Positions 1 to 8,676 of a DNA stretch of 64,000 bases are shown one piece after another. A model generated the notes under the pieces. The model saw only the letters and a list, made by a program, of their open reading frames with translations, had not been told where the DNA came from and searched no databases. Each line of letters starts with the position of its first letter. The first letter of the stretch is position 1. The DNA comes from Vicinamibacterales bacterium (GTDB taxonomy: Bacteria > Acidobacteriota > Vicinamibacteria > Vicinamibacterales > CAVVIG01). The position numbers and the translations under genes are program-made. The DNA lies in assembly GCA_965197865.1 (NCBI GenBank), contig CBDANZ010000005.1, forward strand, positions 706,379-770,378, in the 5' to 3' direction.

Positions 1-21
1 ACGTGGCGGGGGCGTGACGGG

Positions 22-543
22 GTGGCAGTTTTGACTGGCGTGAAGGGGCAGCCCGCGTCGAGTGATACGCGGGGGATGAGCCAGCGACCAGCGGTAGGTT
101 TCATCGTGCACCAACGCCACGTCAACTTGACAGTGCTGGCTTGCCCGTGCCAGAAGAGGAGCGTCGTGCGGATCGCCACTAGACGACTCGGAGTTGCGGT
201 GGCCGCTTTCATTGTCTCGAGCATCGTTGGCACCGCCTGCGCCCCGTCACTGCTCGCGCCGTTCGCCGCGATGACCGAGTACGAGTACTTCCAGAGTGGC
301 GGCATCCGGCTCTACTATGCCTTCGACTTGCTGGAAGGTGTCGAGCGACCTCCGCTCATCGTCCTCTCGCATGGGTCCAGGCGGGTTAACACGGAAAGCA
401 ACGCGAGGTACGCGCTGGCGCTGATTCAACGCGACTTCGCCGTCTTCAGGTTCGACAAGCGCGGTGCTGGGAGGTCGGGGGGTATAGAGCCAGAGCCCCG
501 CAGCGAAGAGGCTCCCTTCGACGAGAATCGTACCGGGGATTGA
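22..543 (+). pseudogene. alpha/beta-fold hydrolase, N-terminal portion only (truncated)
   Basis: The ORF has a lipoprotein-like leader (IVGTAC), then PPLIVLSHGS and FRFDKRGAGRSGG, typical of the first third of alpha/beta hydrolases. It stops shortly after with no GxSxG nucleophile elbow. The IS3 element starts about 100 bp downstream. Confidence 0.35.
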
Positions 544-686
544 GTTCCAGAGTCCGAAACCCACCATCGGCCCACCGGGCCAGAGCGGTAGGTCGGGCCT
601 GTGGGTGACGAGATCCAGAGCCCAGTGATCGCTCGCGACAAACGCTCTGAACCGTACCGGGTTTCTCGGAGACTGGATTCATGGAA

Positions 687-1583
687 TCAGGCCACCTTGG
701 CCTGCTCATAGTACTGCGCTTCAAACTCCGCCGGCGGCACGTCTCCAATCGGTCCCAGCAACCGCCGCATGTTGAACCAATCCACCCACTCCAGCGTGGC
801 GAATTCCACGGCCTCGAGCGTGCGCCACGGCCCTCGTCGTCGAATCACCTCCGTCTTGTAGAGTCCGATCACCGACTCGGCGAGGGCGTTATCGAACGCA
901 TCGCCTTGGCTCCCGACCGATGGCGCAATGCCGGCGGCCGCGAGACGATCCGTGTACCGCATCGAAAGATACTGCGTGCCGCGATCGCTGTGATGCACGA
1001 GGCTGGTCAGCGCGTCGCCGCGGCGCGCGTAGATGGCCTGCTCCAAGGCGTCGAGCACGAAGTCCGTGCGCATCGAGGCCGACACCCGCCAGCCCACGAT
1101 GCGCCGCGCGAAGACGTCGATCACGAACGCCACGTAGGTGAACCCACCCCAGGTCGCCACGTAGGTGAAGTCTGAGACCCAGAGCTGATTCGGACGGGTC
1201 GCCACGAACTGGCGATCGACGAGATCTGCGGGCCGGCTGCCATTGCCCGCGTGCGTGGTCGTGATCCACGCGCGCCCACGCCCCGCGCCTTCCAGGCCCA
1301 TCGCCCGCATCAGCCGACCCACCGTGCCTCGTGCCACGCAGAACCCTTCGCGACGCAGCTGTTTCCAGACCTTGCGCGGCCCGTACACCTGATGATGCTC
1401 GTCATACACCCGCTGAATCTCCGGGCGCAGCGCATCATCGCGTTGTGCCCGGGCCGAGCGACGCGTCGGATCGACCTGCGCCGCCCGATGGCGGTGATAC
1501 GTCGAGGGGGCGATCGGCAGCACGGTGCAGATCGGCTCGACCCCGTACTGATCCCGATGGTCGTGAATGAAGCGAACCATCAC
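687..1583 (-). CDS. IS3-family transposase OrfB (DDE integrase core)
   Basis: 298 aa with rve-type blocks: [23 protein letters not shown], and [10 protein letters not shown] at the C-terminus. It lies in the -1 frame relative to orfA. Confidence 0.9.
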   Translation of the reverse strand: MMVRFIHDHRDQYGVEPICTVLPIAPSTYHRHRAAQVDPTRRSARAQRDDALRPEIQRVYDEHHQVYGPRKVWKQLRREGFCVARGTVGRLMRAMGLEGAGRGRAWITTTHAGNGSRPADLVDRQFVATRPNQLWVSDFTYVATWGGFTYVAFVIDVFARRIVGWRVSASMRTDFVLDALEQAIYARRGDALTSLVHHSDRGTQYLSMRYTDRLAAAGIAPSVGSQGDAFDNALAESVIGLYKTEVIRRRGPWRTLEAVEFATLEWVDWFNMRRLLGPIGDVPPAEFEAQYYEQAKVA

Positions 1584-1909
1584 TTCCCGCGGCGGTCGAG
1601 CTCCGCCTGGGCAAAATACGCGGACGCCTTCCGCAGGATCTCGTTCGCCCGCTTCAGCTCGCGAACCTCGCGCTCCAGTTCCTTGAGGCGCTCTCGCTCG
1701 CTCGTCGTCAACCCTGGGCGATAGCCGGCGTCACGCTGTGCCTGGCGTACCCACTTCCGTAGCGTCTCGGCCGTGCAGCCAAGCTTCGGCGCCACCGACT
1801 GCAACACGCCCCACTCCGACGCGTGGGTGGCGCGATGCTCCTCGACCATCCGAACCGCGCGCTCACGCACCTCCGGAGAAAACCGACTTGGACGTCCCAT
1901 AGACCCCAT
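1580..1909 (-). CDS. IS3-family transposase OrfA (HTH)
   Basis: 109 aa. Contains [14 protein letters not shown], a leucine-zipper-like C-terminus, and the ...KASAYFAQ motif typical of IS3 OrfA. Its stop overlaps the orfB start (GTGATG). Confidence 0.85.
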   Translation of the reverse strand: MGSMGRPSRFSPEVRERAVRMVEEHRATHASEWGVLQSVAPKLGCTAETLRKWVRQAQRDAGYRPGLTTSERERLKELEREVRELKRANEILRKASAYFAQAELDRRGK

Positions 1910-2215
1910 CCTCCCAAGTAATGAGGTCTCCGAGAAACCCGGTACGGTTCAGATACTCGGGTTCGTGTCCGGGGTTGGCTGGACCGAGCGCTTGAGGCTC
2001 CGCGAGACAGATTCAGACGCCTTGTGGGCGTGGGTGGACACCTACTGTCAGCAGAACCCACTCGAAACTCTCGCCACGGCATCCGCCCAGCTCGTGCTTG
2101 AACTGCAGGTATCCTAGCCAGACTGGCGGGGGCAACCATCAGAGGATTATCGCGCGGACGTTACCTCGACTGCGCGTTCGCCCGTTCCACGACCACCCGG
2201 CGCCGACCGGTCCAT

Positions 2216-2422
2216 TCAAGCGAGCCTGACGTTCTCGCCTCGCGGGCCCTTCGGACCTTGTCCTCGCTCGAAGGTGACGGCCTGTCCCTCACGAAGCTCG
2301 TCGAAGGGCGTCTGCACGCACGCCGAGTTATGGAAGAAGTACTCGTTCCCGTCGCCAGCCAAGATGAAGCCGAACCCCTTGTCACTGACGAGCCGTTTGA
2401 TCGTGCCGTTCATTGGTGCCAT
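2216..2422 (-). CDS. cold-shock protein (CspA family)
   Basis: GTIKRLVSDKGFGFI (RNP1-like) and EYFFH (RNP2-like). AAGGAGA Shine-Dalgarno sits 4 nt before the ATG at 2422. Confidence 0.9.
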   Translation of the reverse strand: MAPMNGTIKRLVSDKGFGFILAGDGNEYFFHNSACVQTPFDELREGQAVTFERGQGPKGPRGENVRLA

Positions 2423-2869
2423 GGAATCTCCTTGCAATGCTGGGAGTTGTGATACGGAGGCCTGACGTTGTAACCATGTTCCGGTGAGCTGAAACCCGGC
2501 CGCCGGAATGAGTGTCAGTCGCGATCGCGGCGCCGGGCGATTGATTTCTGGTGTGAGTCGCGTGACACGCGCTCAACACGGAACCAAAGTTGGCCCGGTC
2601 GGCGCGCTCCCATCAGTCCTGGAGAGGGGGCACTACTCGAACGCTGGCGGGCTCAGTTCTGGATGACGCGATCACTATACACCCATTGGGCCCTCTGCAC
2701 GTATGAGGCGGTGGGGGACTTGCTCGTCTGTTCCCCGCGGATAAGAGAGCCGCGCCCCCCTGGGACTTGGCGGCCTTCAGCGGTTCACGGAAGGGCGACC
2801 ATAGGTGCTCCCGATGTTCGTGGCCTCTTGCGCCGCCGGCTTCGTCGACGTGACCGCCCACACGCTCGA

Positions 2870-3115
2870 CCTGCGTTGACCGAGTTTTCGCCAACTTGAC
2901 AATGCCGGCCGGACGCGCGCGTCTCTGGATGCCCGCGGCCTCCAGGTGCTCGACGCACTGGACGATATCCCGGCCGCACGTCACATAGCGGTCGCCGCGG
3001 TATCGCTGGCGTGGCTGCGTGCTCAGGCGACCGTCGTCGCCCGTTGTGTCCCAGAACTGGGCCGAGTCTTCCGCCAATCATCAAGACGCACCACGCGGCG
3101 CGACGGTATTCATTC
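2870..3115 (+). pseudogene. aldo/keto reductase, C-terminal relic
   Basis: The translation LQVLDALDDIPAARHIAVAAVSLAWLRAQATVVA matches the conserved AKR C-terminal block (..iA...g.s.aqvaLaWl..q..v). There is no upstream catalytic part and the frame breaks after it. Confidence 0.35.
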
Positions 3116-3564
3116 AACGACTCACGAACCGCTGACGGTGGCGAATGCGATGGCAGCCTTCGACCGGTTCAGGTGCGATCATCCCGGCTCTGCGCGCGGC
3201 TGCCTGAGCCTAACCCAACGCATTGTCGAGCGCCATCATCACCGCGAACCCGCCGACAAAGCCGACGGTGGCCACATCGGGCGTGCCACTACGGACGGTT
3301 TCGGGAATCAGTTCCTCGACCACCAAGATCTGTTTTGTCTTGTGCCGGGCTCGCCGACCGGTCCACGATGGCAGTACGTCGGGCCGAGCGGTCCCGATGA
3401 TGAGTAAGGTCACCTGCGCACAGCCGTCTCGGTTGAGTTGAGTCCGGGCGCCAACCTTTTCGGCGGGTCGGCAAGCCACACATTCCTTGGCCAGTTCGCG
3501 CGGAACGACAATGTGTATACGACACTGCGGTACACCTTCTGAGGGAAAGAGGATGAAGGCCGTA

Positions 3565-3822
3565 CTATCCACCACGAACTGCTTCAGCGGTCGCCTCACG
3601 GCTCGTATCGCCGACGAGCCGCTTCTTCCCGGCTTCGAGGAACTCCTTGCTCCAGCGGTAGTACAGATTCGGCAGGCCTTTCTTTCCGGCACAGCGTGGC
3701 GTTGCTTTCTTGGCCGCGCAGGCCTTCGAGCACAACGGAATCTTCTCTTCGGCCGAAAACAGCCGGCGCGTCTTCCGGCGGAACTTCTGAACGACCTTCT
3801 CTGGGGTGCCTTCCTTCGCCAT
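3565..3822 (-). pseudogene. IS3-type transposase OrfA relic
   Basis: RRLFSAEEKI ... PNLYYRWSKEFLEAGKKRLVGDTSREAT matches the conserved IS3 OrfA N-terminus. The central HTH segment is scrambled and no orfB follows. Confidence 0.5.
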
Positions 3823-3925
3823 CGGGATCCTGCTCTCGTGGCTCGGAAGTGTCTCCTATTTTCGCAGCCTCAATGGTCCAAAAGGGTCTGACCCCCTACA
3901 GTGATGAAACCGCTTCTACGGACTT

Positions 3926-4766
3926 CTAGCGTGGAACGATGGTGACCGCCCGCAGCGGCGCGCCGCTCCCCTTCGCGATCTTCATCGGCAGCGCGACGAG
4001 AAAGGCGCCGCGCGGCGGCAGGCGGTCGAGCGCGTTCAGGTTCTCGAACGCGGGGATGTCGCGTTCGTAGAGCGCGCGATGTGATTCGAACAGCGTGGAC
4101 TGACCGTAGTCGATGCTCGGCGTGTCGATGCCGACGGCTTTGACGGGCCGGCTCGCGACCAGCCAGCGTGCGGCGTTGGGATACAGTCCTGGAAAATGCA
4201 ACCGGGCTACCGCTTCGGGGCCGCGGTCGGCCGTGCCCAGATAGCGGGCCGCATCGGGCCAGCGGCTCGAGAAACCGGTGCGAATGAGTACGATCGAATC
4301 AGATGAGATTTGGCCGTGGTCTTGCTCCCATCGCGCGAAGTCGTCGGTTGTGACCCGATAATCCGGATCGCGCCCACACTGCTCGACGACATCGAGGACC
4401 ACCGCCGGTCAGAAGAAGCGAGAGAGCGGAATCTGGTCGACCGTCTGATGTCCGGCCGCAAAGTGAATCGGCGCATCGAGATGCGTTTCCCCATGCTCGG
4501 CGGTGAAGAAGTTGTTGGCGGCGTAGTAATAGCCGGATGGGGTCACGCCGTCGGCGACTTTGTCCAGACGGAATCGATCCGAAATCGGCCAGAAAATCGT
4601 CTACTCGTCGTACGCGTGCGACAGGTCGACAAGCTCGCCGGAGGGAAAGTCTGGCCGCGAGGAAGAAATCGAGGACGGTGACAAAGAGCGGGCGCTTGCG
4701 AACAGCAAGGCGCCGGCGACGCACGATAGTTGCGACACATCTGCTCCTCTCACTTCGTGCCGACAA
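3926..4766 (-). pseudogene. cyclase-family protein / kynurenine formamidase-like, multiply disrupted
   Basis: Conserved blocks ELVDLSHAYDE, FTAEHGETHLDAPIHF and VGIDTPSIDYG lie in one frame. That frame is interrupted by in-frame TAG (4601-4603) and TGA (4409-4411). The N-terminal hydrophobic leader is in another frame (shift near 4645). The 5' end is uncertain. Confidence 0.7.
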
Positions 4767-4788
4767 GATCCGATGTGTTACCCTATTC

Positions 4789-5092
4789 CTATCCCATCTT
4801 GCCGAGAATTCGACCCATCTCGTCCGCCGAGAAGGCCCGCAGCGCCTGAGTTCGCACGTTGCCCAGGGCGCCGACGCTCAGAAGAATTGCCGTCAGCGAC
4901 GCATCGTCGGGCGCGTCGACAAGAGTGACGATGTCGTAATGCCCGAGCGTCCGCTAGACTTCTTTGATGTTGCCCCCCCCCCACCCCAGCTTTCTTGGCC
5001 ATCTCCTTCAGTGCACTGGCGCGTTTGGTGGTGTCCTTGACGTTTCGAATACCCTGGTTCGTGAATTGACCGAGCACGACGAAGGTTGGCAT
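4789..5092 (-). pseudogene. GYD-domain protein with a frameshift at a C10/G10 tract and an in-frame TAG
   Basis: MPTFVVLGQFTNQGIRNVKDTTKRASALKEMAKKAG, then the G10 run (plus-strand C10 at 4973-4982), then in the next frame NIKEV*RTLGHYDIVTLVDAPDDASLTAILLSVGALGNVRTQALRAF. The TAG is at 4954-4956. The length of 304 nt is not a multiple of 3. Confidence 0.7.
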
Positions 5093-5176
5093 GGCGGTCC
5101 TCCCGGAGATGCAGAATATATCCGAGACCGTGCGCGTCTGCTCACACGACCGAGTATTCAGGCGTAAACTGGCCGC

Positions 5177-6103
5177 ATGGACAAGTTGGCCGCCGGCGTC
5201 TCGTTTCTGGACCTTCAGTTTCAGGGTCGCCCCCGCATCATTGCCACGGCAGTGCTGCACGGACCCGGGGGGGTCGCGCTCCTCGATCCTGGCCCTTCCA
5301 CCACGGCTCCCACGCTTCGTCGAGAGCTCCGCGCGGCCGGCATCGCGATGACCGACGTGACCACGATACTGCTTACCCACATTCATCTGGATCATGCCGG
5401 CGCGACCGGCACGCTCGTGCGGGAAAACCCCCGGCTTCGCGTTTATGTGCACGAACGGGGCGCTCCTCACCTTGTCGACCCTTCGAAACTCGTGGCGAGC
5501 GCCAGCCGTCTCTACGGCGACCAAATGGACACCCTGTGGGGTGAAGTGGGTGCCGTGCCGGCAAGCGCGCTGCTGGCGCTCAAGGGCAGGGAGCGCGTAG
5601 AAGGCGGCGGCCGTGCGTTTGAGGTCGCGTATACGCCAGGCCATGCTTCGCATCACGTGAGCTACCTGAATGCCGACACTGGGATCGCTTTTGTGGGCGA
5701 CATGGCGGGAATCAAACTGCACGCGAACGGCTACGTGCTGCCTCCGACGCCTCCGCCTGACATCGATCTCGAGGCATGGCACAGGAGCCTTGACACGATT
5801 GAAGCGTGGCGTCCCGAAACCCTCTTCCTCACGCATTTCGGTCCACACGGGCCGTCGAGGCCGCATCTGGGCGAGCTTCGGGACCACCTCGGCCTGACCG
5901 CGCGGCTCGTGAAAACGTCGCTCGCTCGCGATGAAAGCGACGAGGCGCGCGAAGCGTGGGTGGCCGGCGAGATCCGCCGCGAGCTCCAGCACCGACTTGC
6001 CGACGCCGAGAGCATGTTATACGAAATGGCCGGGCCACTCGATCTGAGCTGGCGTGGTTTGGCGAGATACTGGCGGAAGCGAGACAGTCGACAGGCGGAC
6101 TGA
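5177..6103 (+). CDS. MBL-fold metallo-hydrolase
   Basis: 308 aa with LLTHIHLDHAGATG (HxHxDH) and later His/Asp ligands (TPGHASHH). The long antisense ORF 4778-5992 is a shadow. Confidence 0.8.
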   Translation: MDKLAAGVSFLDLQFQGRPRIIATAVLHGPGGVALLDPGPSTTAPTLRRELRAAGIAMTDVTTILLTHIHLDHAGATGTLVRENPRLRVYVHERGAPHLVDPSKLVASASRLYGDQMDTLWGEVGAVPASALLALKGRERVEGGGRAFEVAYTPGHASHHVSYLNADTGIAFVGDMAGIKLHANGYVLPPTPPPDIDLEAWHRSLDTIEAWRPETLFLTHFGPHGPSRPHLGELRDHLGLTARLVKTSLARDESDEAREAWVAGEIRRELQHRLADAESMLYEMAGPLDLSWRGLARYWRKRDSRQAD

Positions 6104-6107
6104 AGGA

Positions 6108-7187
6108 CTACGCAGTAGCCACCTGAGTCGTGTCGCTCATATTGGCCGGGCGGCGCTTTGGGTCGACCATCAGGCGAAGCGCCAGACCCTGCCGGCCGTC
6201 GTCGCAGACCTCACTCGATAGACTGCCGAGAGAATGCGGCCTTGGCGCAGCGACGAGGGAAGGGGCTCGGAGTCGTGCGCTTCGCGTTCGAGCTGAAACT
6301 GAACGAGACGGTAGAACGGGATCGACACCGCGGCCCGGCACTCAACGAATACGCCGAGCTCGCGCACGTCACGCCTGACGACGCTCGCAAACCGCCCGGG
6401 TTCGCCGTCGGGCCGCCAAAGCCGGGCTCCGACGCTGCGAGCATGGCCGCGCGCGCCCCAGCCTACGAGCGCGGCCATCTCCTGGCCCATCAGGGCCGCC
6501 GGCACGAGGCCAAGAAACGAAAGCGCCGAATAGCGTGCCCCGATATCGACCGGATTGATGAAAATCTCGCGGAACCGTTCCACGCGGGCGCGGGCGGCGA
6601 GCTCCGTGCCCTCGTCGGTGATCGCAATGAAGTGGTCGGCCCACCCGTGCAGGCCGTGCCGGAAAGGCGCCGCAAACGCGTTCGGCTCGATCGTGGTTCC
6701 CGACTTGCTGGTGAAAATGTAGAACGTGCGATCGCGTGGTGTCGAAACTGCCAGTGCCGCCGCCGGGTCGGTCGAATCGAGCGTGCGCAGACGCAGCCAC
6801 CCAGGCGCGACGCCGAGCGTTGCTCGCAGGACTTCGACCGCGAGACTCGGTCCGCCCATTCCCAGCAGCACGACGTCGGTGAACCCATCGCGCCTGACGG
6901 CCTCGGCGAACGCCTGCAGCCGCGGCAGCGATTCGGCCATCTGCGAGGGCGAGGTCAACCATCCGAGCCGGTTCGCGATTTCCTGCTGCACGCCTGCATC
7001 GTTGCTCCATACGGAAGGTTCGCGACACCGCAATCTCCACCGCAGCGCGTTCGGCGACGGCCGCGTGCGCGCTGGTCAGTTGTGCGAGCGGTCCGGGCGA
7101 GAACTGGAAGCTGCCCTGGAGCCGGTCGCGTCTGGCGGCGACGTTGAGCGCCGGCCAGCGAGTGAGTAGATCGTGCGTACTCTGCAT
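6108..7187 (-). pseudogene. pgi: glucose-6-phosphate isomerase-like (type found fused to transaldolase), frameshifted and C-terminally truncated
   Basis: EPSVWSNDAGVQQEIANRLGWL, LLGMGGPSLA, FTSKSGTTIEP and DIGARYSALSFLGLVPAAL are in the main frame. The N-terminus (MQSTHDLL...) is in another frame, with a shift near 7030-7045. Downstream blocks (NPG.., SLGS..EVCDDGR) are scattered over other frames. Total length is about 360 codons, against roughly 500+ as I recall for this PGI type. Confidence 0.6.
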
Positions 7188-7221
7188 GGCTGTAGAATAT
7201 CTTACAAGGCCAACTCTCGAT

Positions 7222-7253
7222 TGTGAGCTGTGAACTGTGTGCTGTGAGCTGTC
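7222..7253 (+). repeat. tandem heptamer repeat TGTGNNC, about 4.5 copies
   Basis: TGTGAGC TGTGAAC TGTGTGC TGTGAGC TGTC read directly. It overlaps the predicted GTG start (7237) of the tesA-like gene. Confidence 0.85.
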
Positions 7254-7953
7254 TTACTGGTGCCGCCGGATTCTCGCTGCTCTGTGCGCGACCGTGCTTG
7301 TAGCTGCCACTGGCTGCGAGTCGCCGAGCGAGCCCGTTGAATCGCCCGCCGATCGCAGACTGGAAACCGACGCGCCACCAGCCGGCGGTGCCCTCCCGAC
7401 GCGGCCCCGGATCGTTGCGCTCGGCGATAGCCTTACAGCCGGCCTGGGCCTGTCGTTGGATCACGCGTACCCCGCTCTGCTCCAGCAGCGCCTCGATGAG
7501 GCCGGTCTGAACTACGAAGTGATCAACGCTGGCGTTTCCGGCGACACCTCGGCCGACGGGCTGAGCCGGCTGGAGTGGAACCTCGACGGCGACGTCCGCG
7601 TCTTGATTGTGGCGCTCGGCGGAAATGACGGCCTGCGGGGTCTTCCCCCGGAACAGCTCCAACGCAATCTGTCGGAGATCATCGTACGGGCTCAGGTGCG
7701 CGGCATCGCCGTAGTTCTGGCGGGCATGGAGGCGCCCCCTAATTTCGGAGCGACCTACACGACCGCGTTCCGTCAAGTGTTTCCAGAGCTTGCGAAGAAG
7801 TACGACGTGCGACTCGTGCCCTTTCTGCTCGAGGGCGTGGCGGGCGTCGAGGCGTTGAATCAGCGCGACCTGACTCACCCCACCGCCGAAGGGGCGCGCA
7901 AGGTCGCCGACCACATCTGGGGGGAGCTCCAGCCGATCGTTGAGGAGCGGTAA
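7237..7953 (+). CDS. tesA: SGNH/GDSL hydrolase lipoprotein, TesA-like (arylesterase / acyl-CoA thioesterase I / lysophospholipase L1)
   Basis: SGNH blocks are present: ALGDSLTAG, NAGVSGDT, LGGNDGLRG, D.THP. Lipobox LVAATGC. It sits next to ybbA/ybbP homologues, as in E. coli. Confidence 0.85.
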   Translation: MCCELSYWCRRILAALCATVLVAATGCESPSEPVESPADRRLETDAPPAGGALPTRPRIVALGDSLTAGLGLSLDHAYPALLQQRLDEAGLNYEVINAGVSGDTSADGLSRLEWNLDGDVRVLIVALGGNDGLRGLPPEQLQRNLSEIIVRAQVRGIAVVLAGMEAPPNFGATYTTAFRQVFPELAKKYDVRLVPFLLEGVAGVEALNQRDLTHPTAEGARKVADHIWGELQPIVEER

Positions 7954-7962
7954 CGTCTTGGC

Positions 7963-8676
7963 ATGATTGAGCTCCGAGACGTCTCCAAGACCGTCATGAG
8001 CGGCAGCCAGCCCCTGACGATTCTTCATCCGCTGACCTTCACGATTCCGCGCGGGCAGTTCGTGGCAATCGCCGGGCCGTCGGGGAGTGGCAAGTCGACG
8101 CTTCTCGGTTTGATTGCCGGCCTGGACGCACCGACGTCGGGGTCGGTGCTGATTGACGGCGTGGACATCACGGGTCTGAGCGAGGATGCGCTCGCGAATC
8201 TTCGCGGCGAGAAGATCGGCTTCGTCTTTCAGTTCTTCCATTTGATTCCTTCGTTGACCGCCCACGAAAACGTCGCTGTGCCGATGGAGATCACGGGCGT
8301 TTCCGATGCGAGCCAACGGGCCCTCGCGCTGCTGGAGGAAGTCGGCCTTAGCGGACGCGCGCACCATTACCCGTCACAGCTCTCGGGCGGAGAGCAGCAG
8401 CGCGTCGCGATTGCACGCGCCCTCGGCAACGATCCGCCGATCGTGCTCGCCGACGAGCCGACCGGCAATCTCGACAGCGCAAGCGGGCATCACATCTTGA
8501 AGCTCCTTCAGGACATCCATCGGTTCCGGGGCACAACCCTTCTGCTCGTGACACACGACAGGGAGCTGACGGCCATAGCGGAGGCGCAGATGGTCTTACG
8601 GGATGGGCGGGTCGTCGAACAGGTTGGACCGGTGCTCGCGCCGCTCGTGGCCGACGAAGGCCGGCGACGACGATGA
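7963..8676 (+). CDS. ybbA: ABC transporter ATP-binding protein (YbbA-like)
   Basis: Walker [10 protein letters not shown], signature LSGGEQQR, Walker [11 protein letters not shown]. Its stop overlaps the next start (ATGA). Confidence 0.85.
   Translation: MIELRDVSKTVMSGSQPLTILHPLTFTIPRGQFVAIAGPSGSGKSTLLGLIAGLDAPTSGSVLIDGVDITGLSEDALANLRGEKIGFVFQFFHLIPSLTAHENVAVPMEITGVSDASQRALALLEEVGLSGRAHHYPSQLSGGEQQRVAIARALGNDPPIVLADEPTGNLDSASGHHILKLLQDIHRFRGTTLLLVTHDRELTAIAEAQMVLRDGRVVEQVGPVLAPLVADEGRRRR

Larger units (their letters stand above)
646..1953 (-). mobile_element. IS3-family insertion sequence, apparently intact (about 1.3 kb)
   Basis: Perfect 28-bp terminal inverted repeats: 646-673 TCTGAACCGTACCGGGTTTCTCGGAGAC against its reverse complement at 1926-1953. 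Inner ends are TG...CA. It encloses orfA and orfB in the usual -1 frame arrangement. Confidence 0.9.

Noticed and set aside
181-200. Sigma-54 promoter-like TGGCAC motifs (also near 42091 and 54131), considered because of the NtrX-like activator.
   Set aside because: The GG-to-GC spacing and the -12 element do not fit TGGCAC-N5-TTGC. All three lie inside coding sequence.
3210-3692. The 160-aa ORF on the minus strand between the AKR and IS3-orfA relics as a real gene (considered Mth938/DJ-1-like).
   Set aside because: I could not recognise a convincing family signature. It overlaps the transposase relic and sits in the decay patch, so it is left unannotated.
4409-4411. The in-frame TGA in the cyclase gene could be a selenocysteine codon, given selB in the window.
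   Set aside because: The same gene has an in-frame TAG and an N-terminal frameshift. I am not aware of any cyclase-family selenoprotein. I see no convincing SECIS-like hairpin immediately downstream.
4778-5992. Long ORFs antisense to known genes: 4778-5992, 6955-8367, 9942-11180, 12641-14059, 26989-28176, 28530-29597, 31277-32299, 35040-36104, 41235-42575, 42406-43542, 48076-49284, 58065-59144 and 60670-61671.
   Set aside because: These are typical high-GC shadow ORFs. They are Arg/Ala/Gly/Pro-rich with no recognisable motifs, and each lies opposite a gene with strong family signatures.
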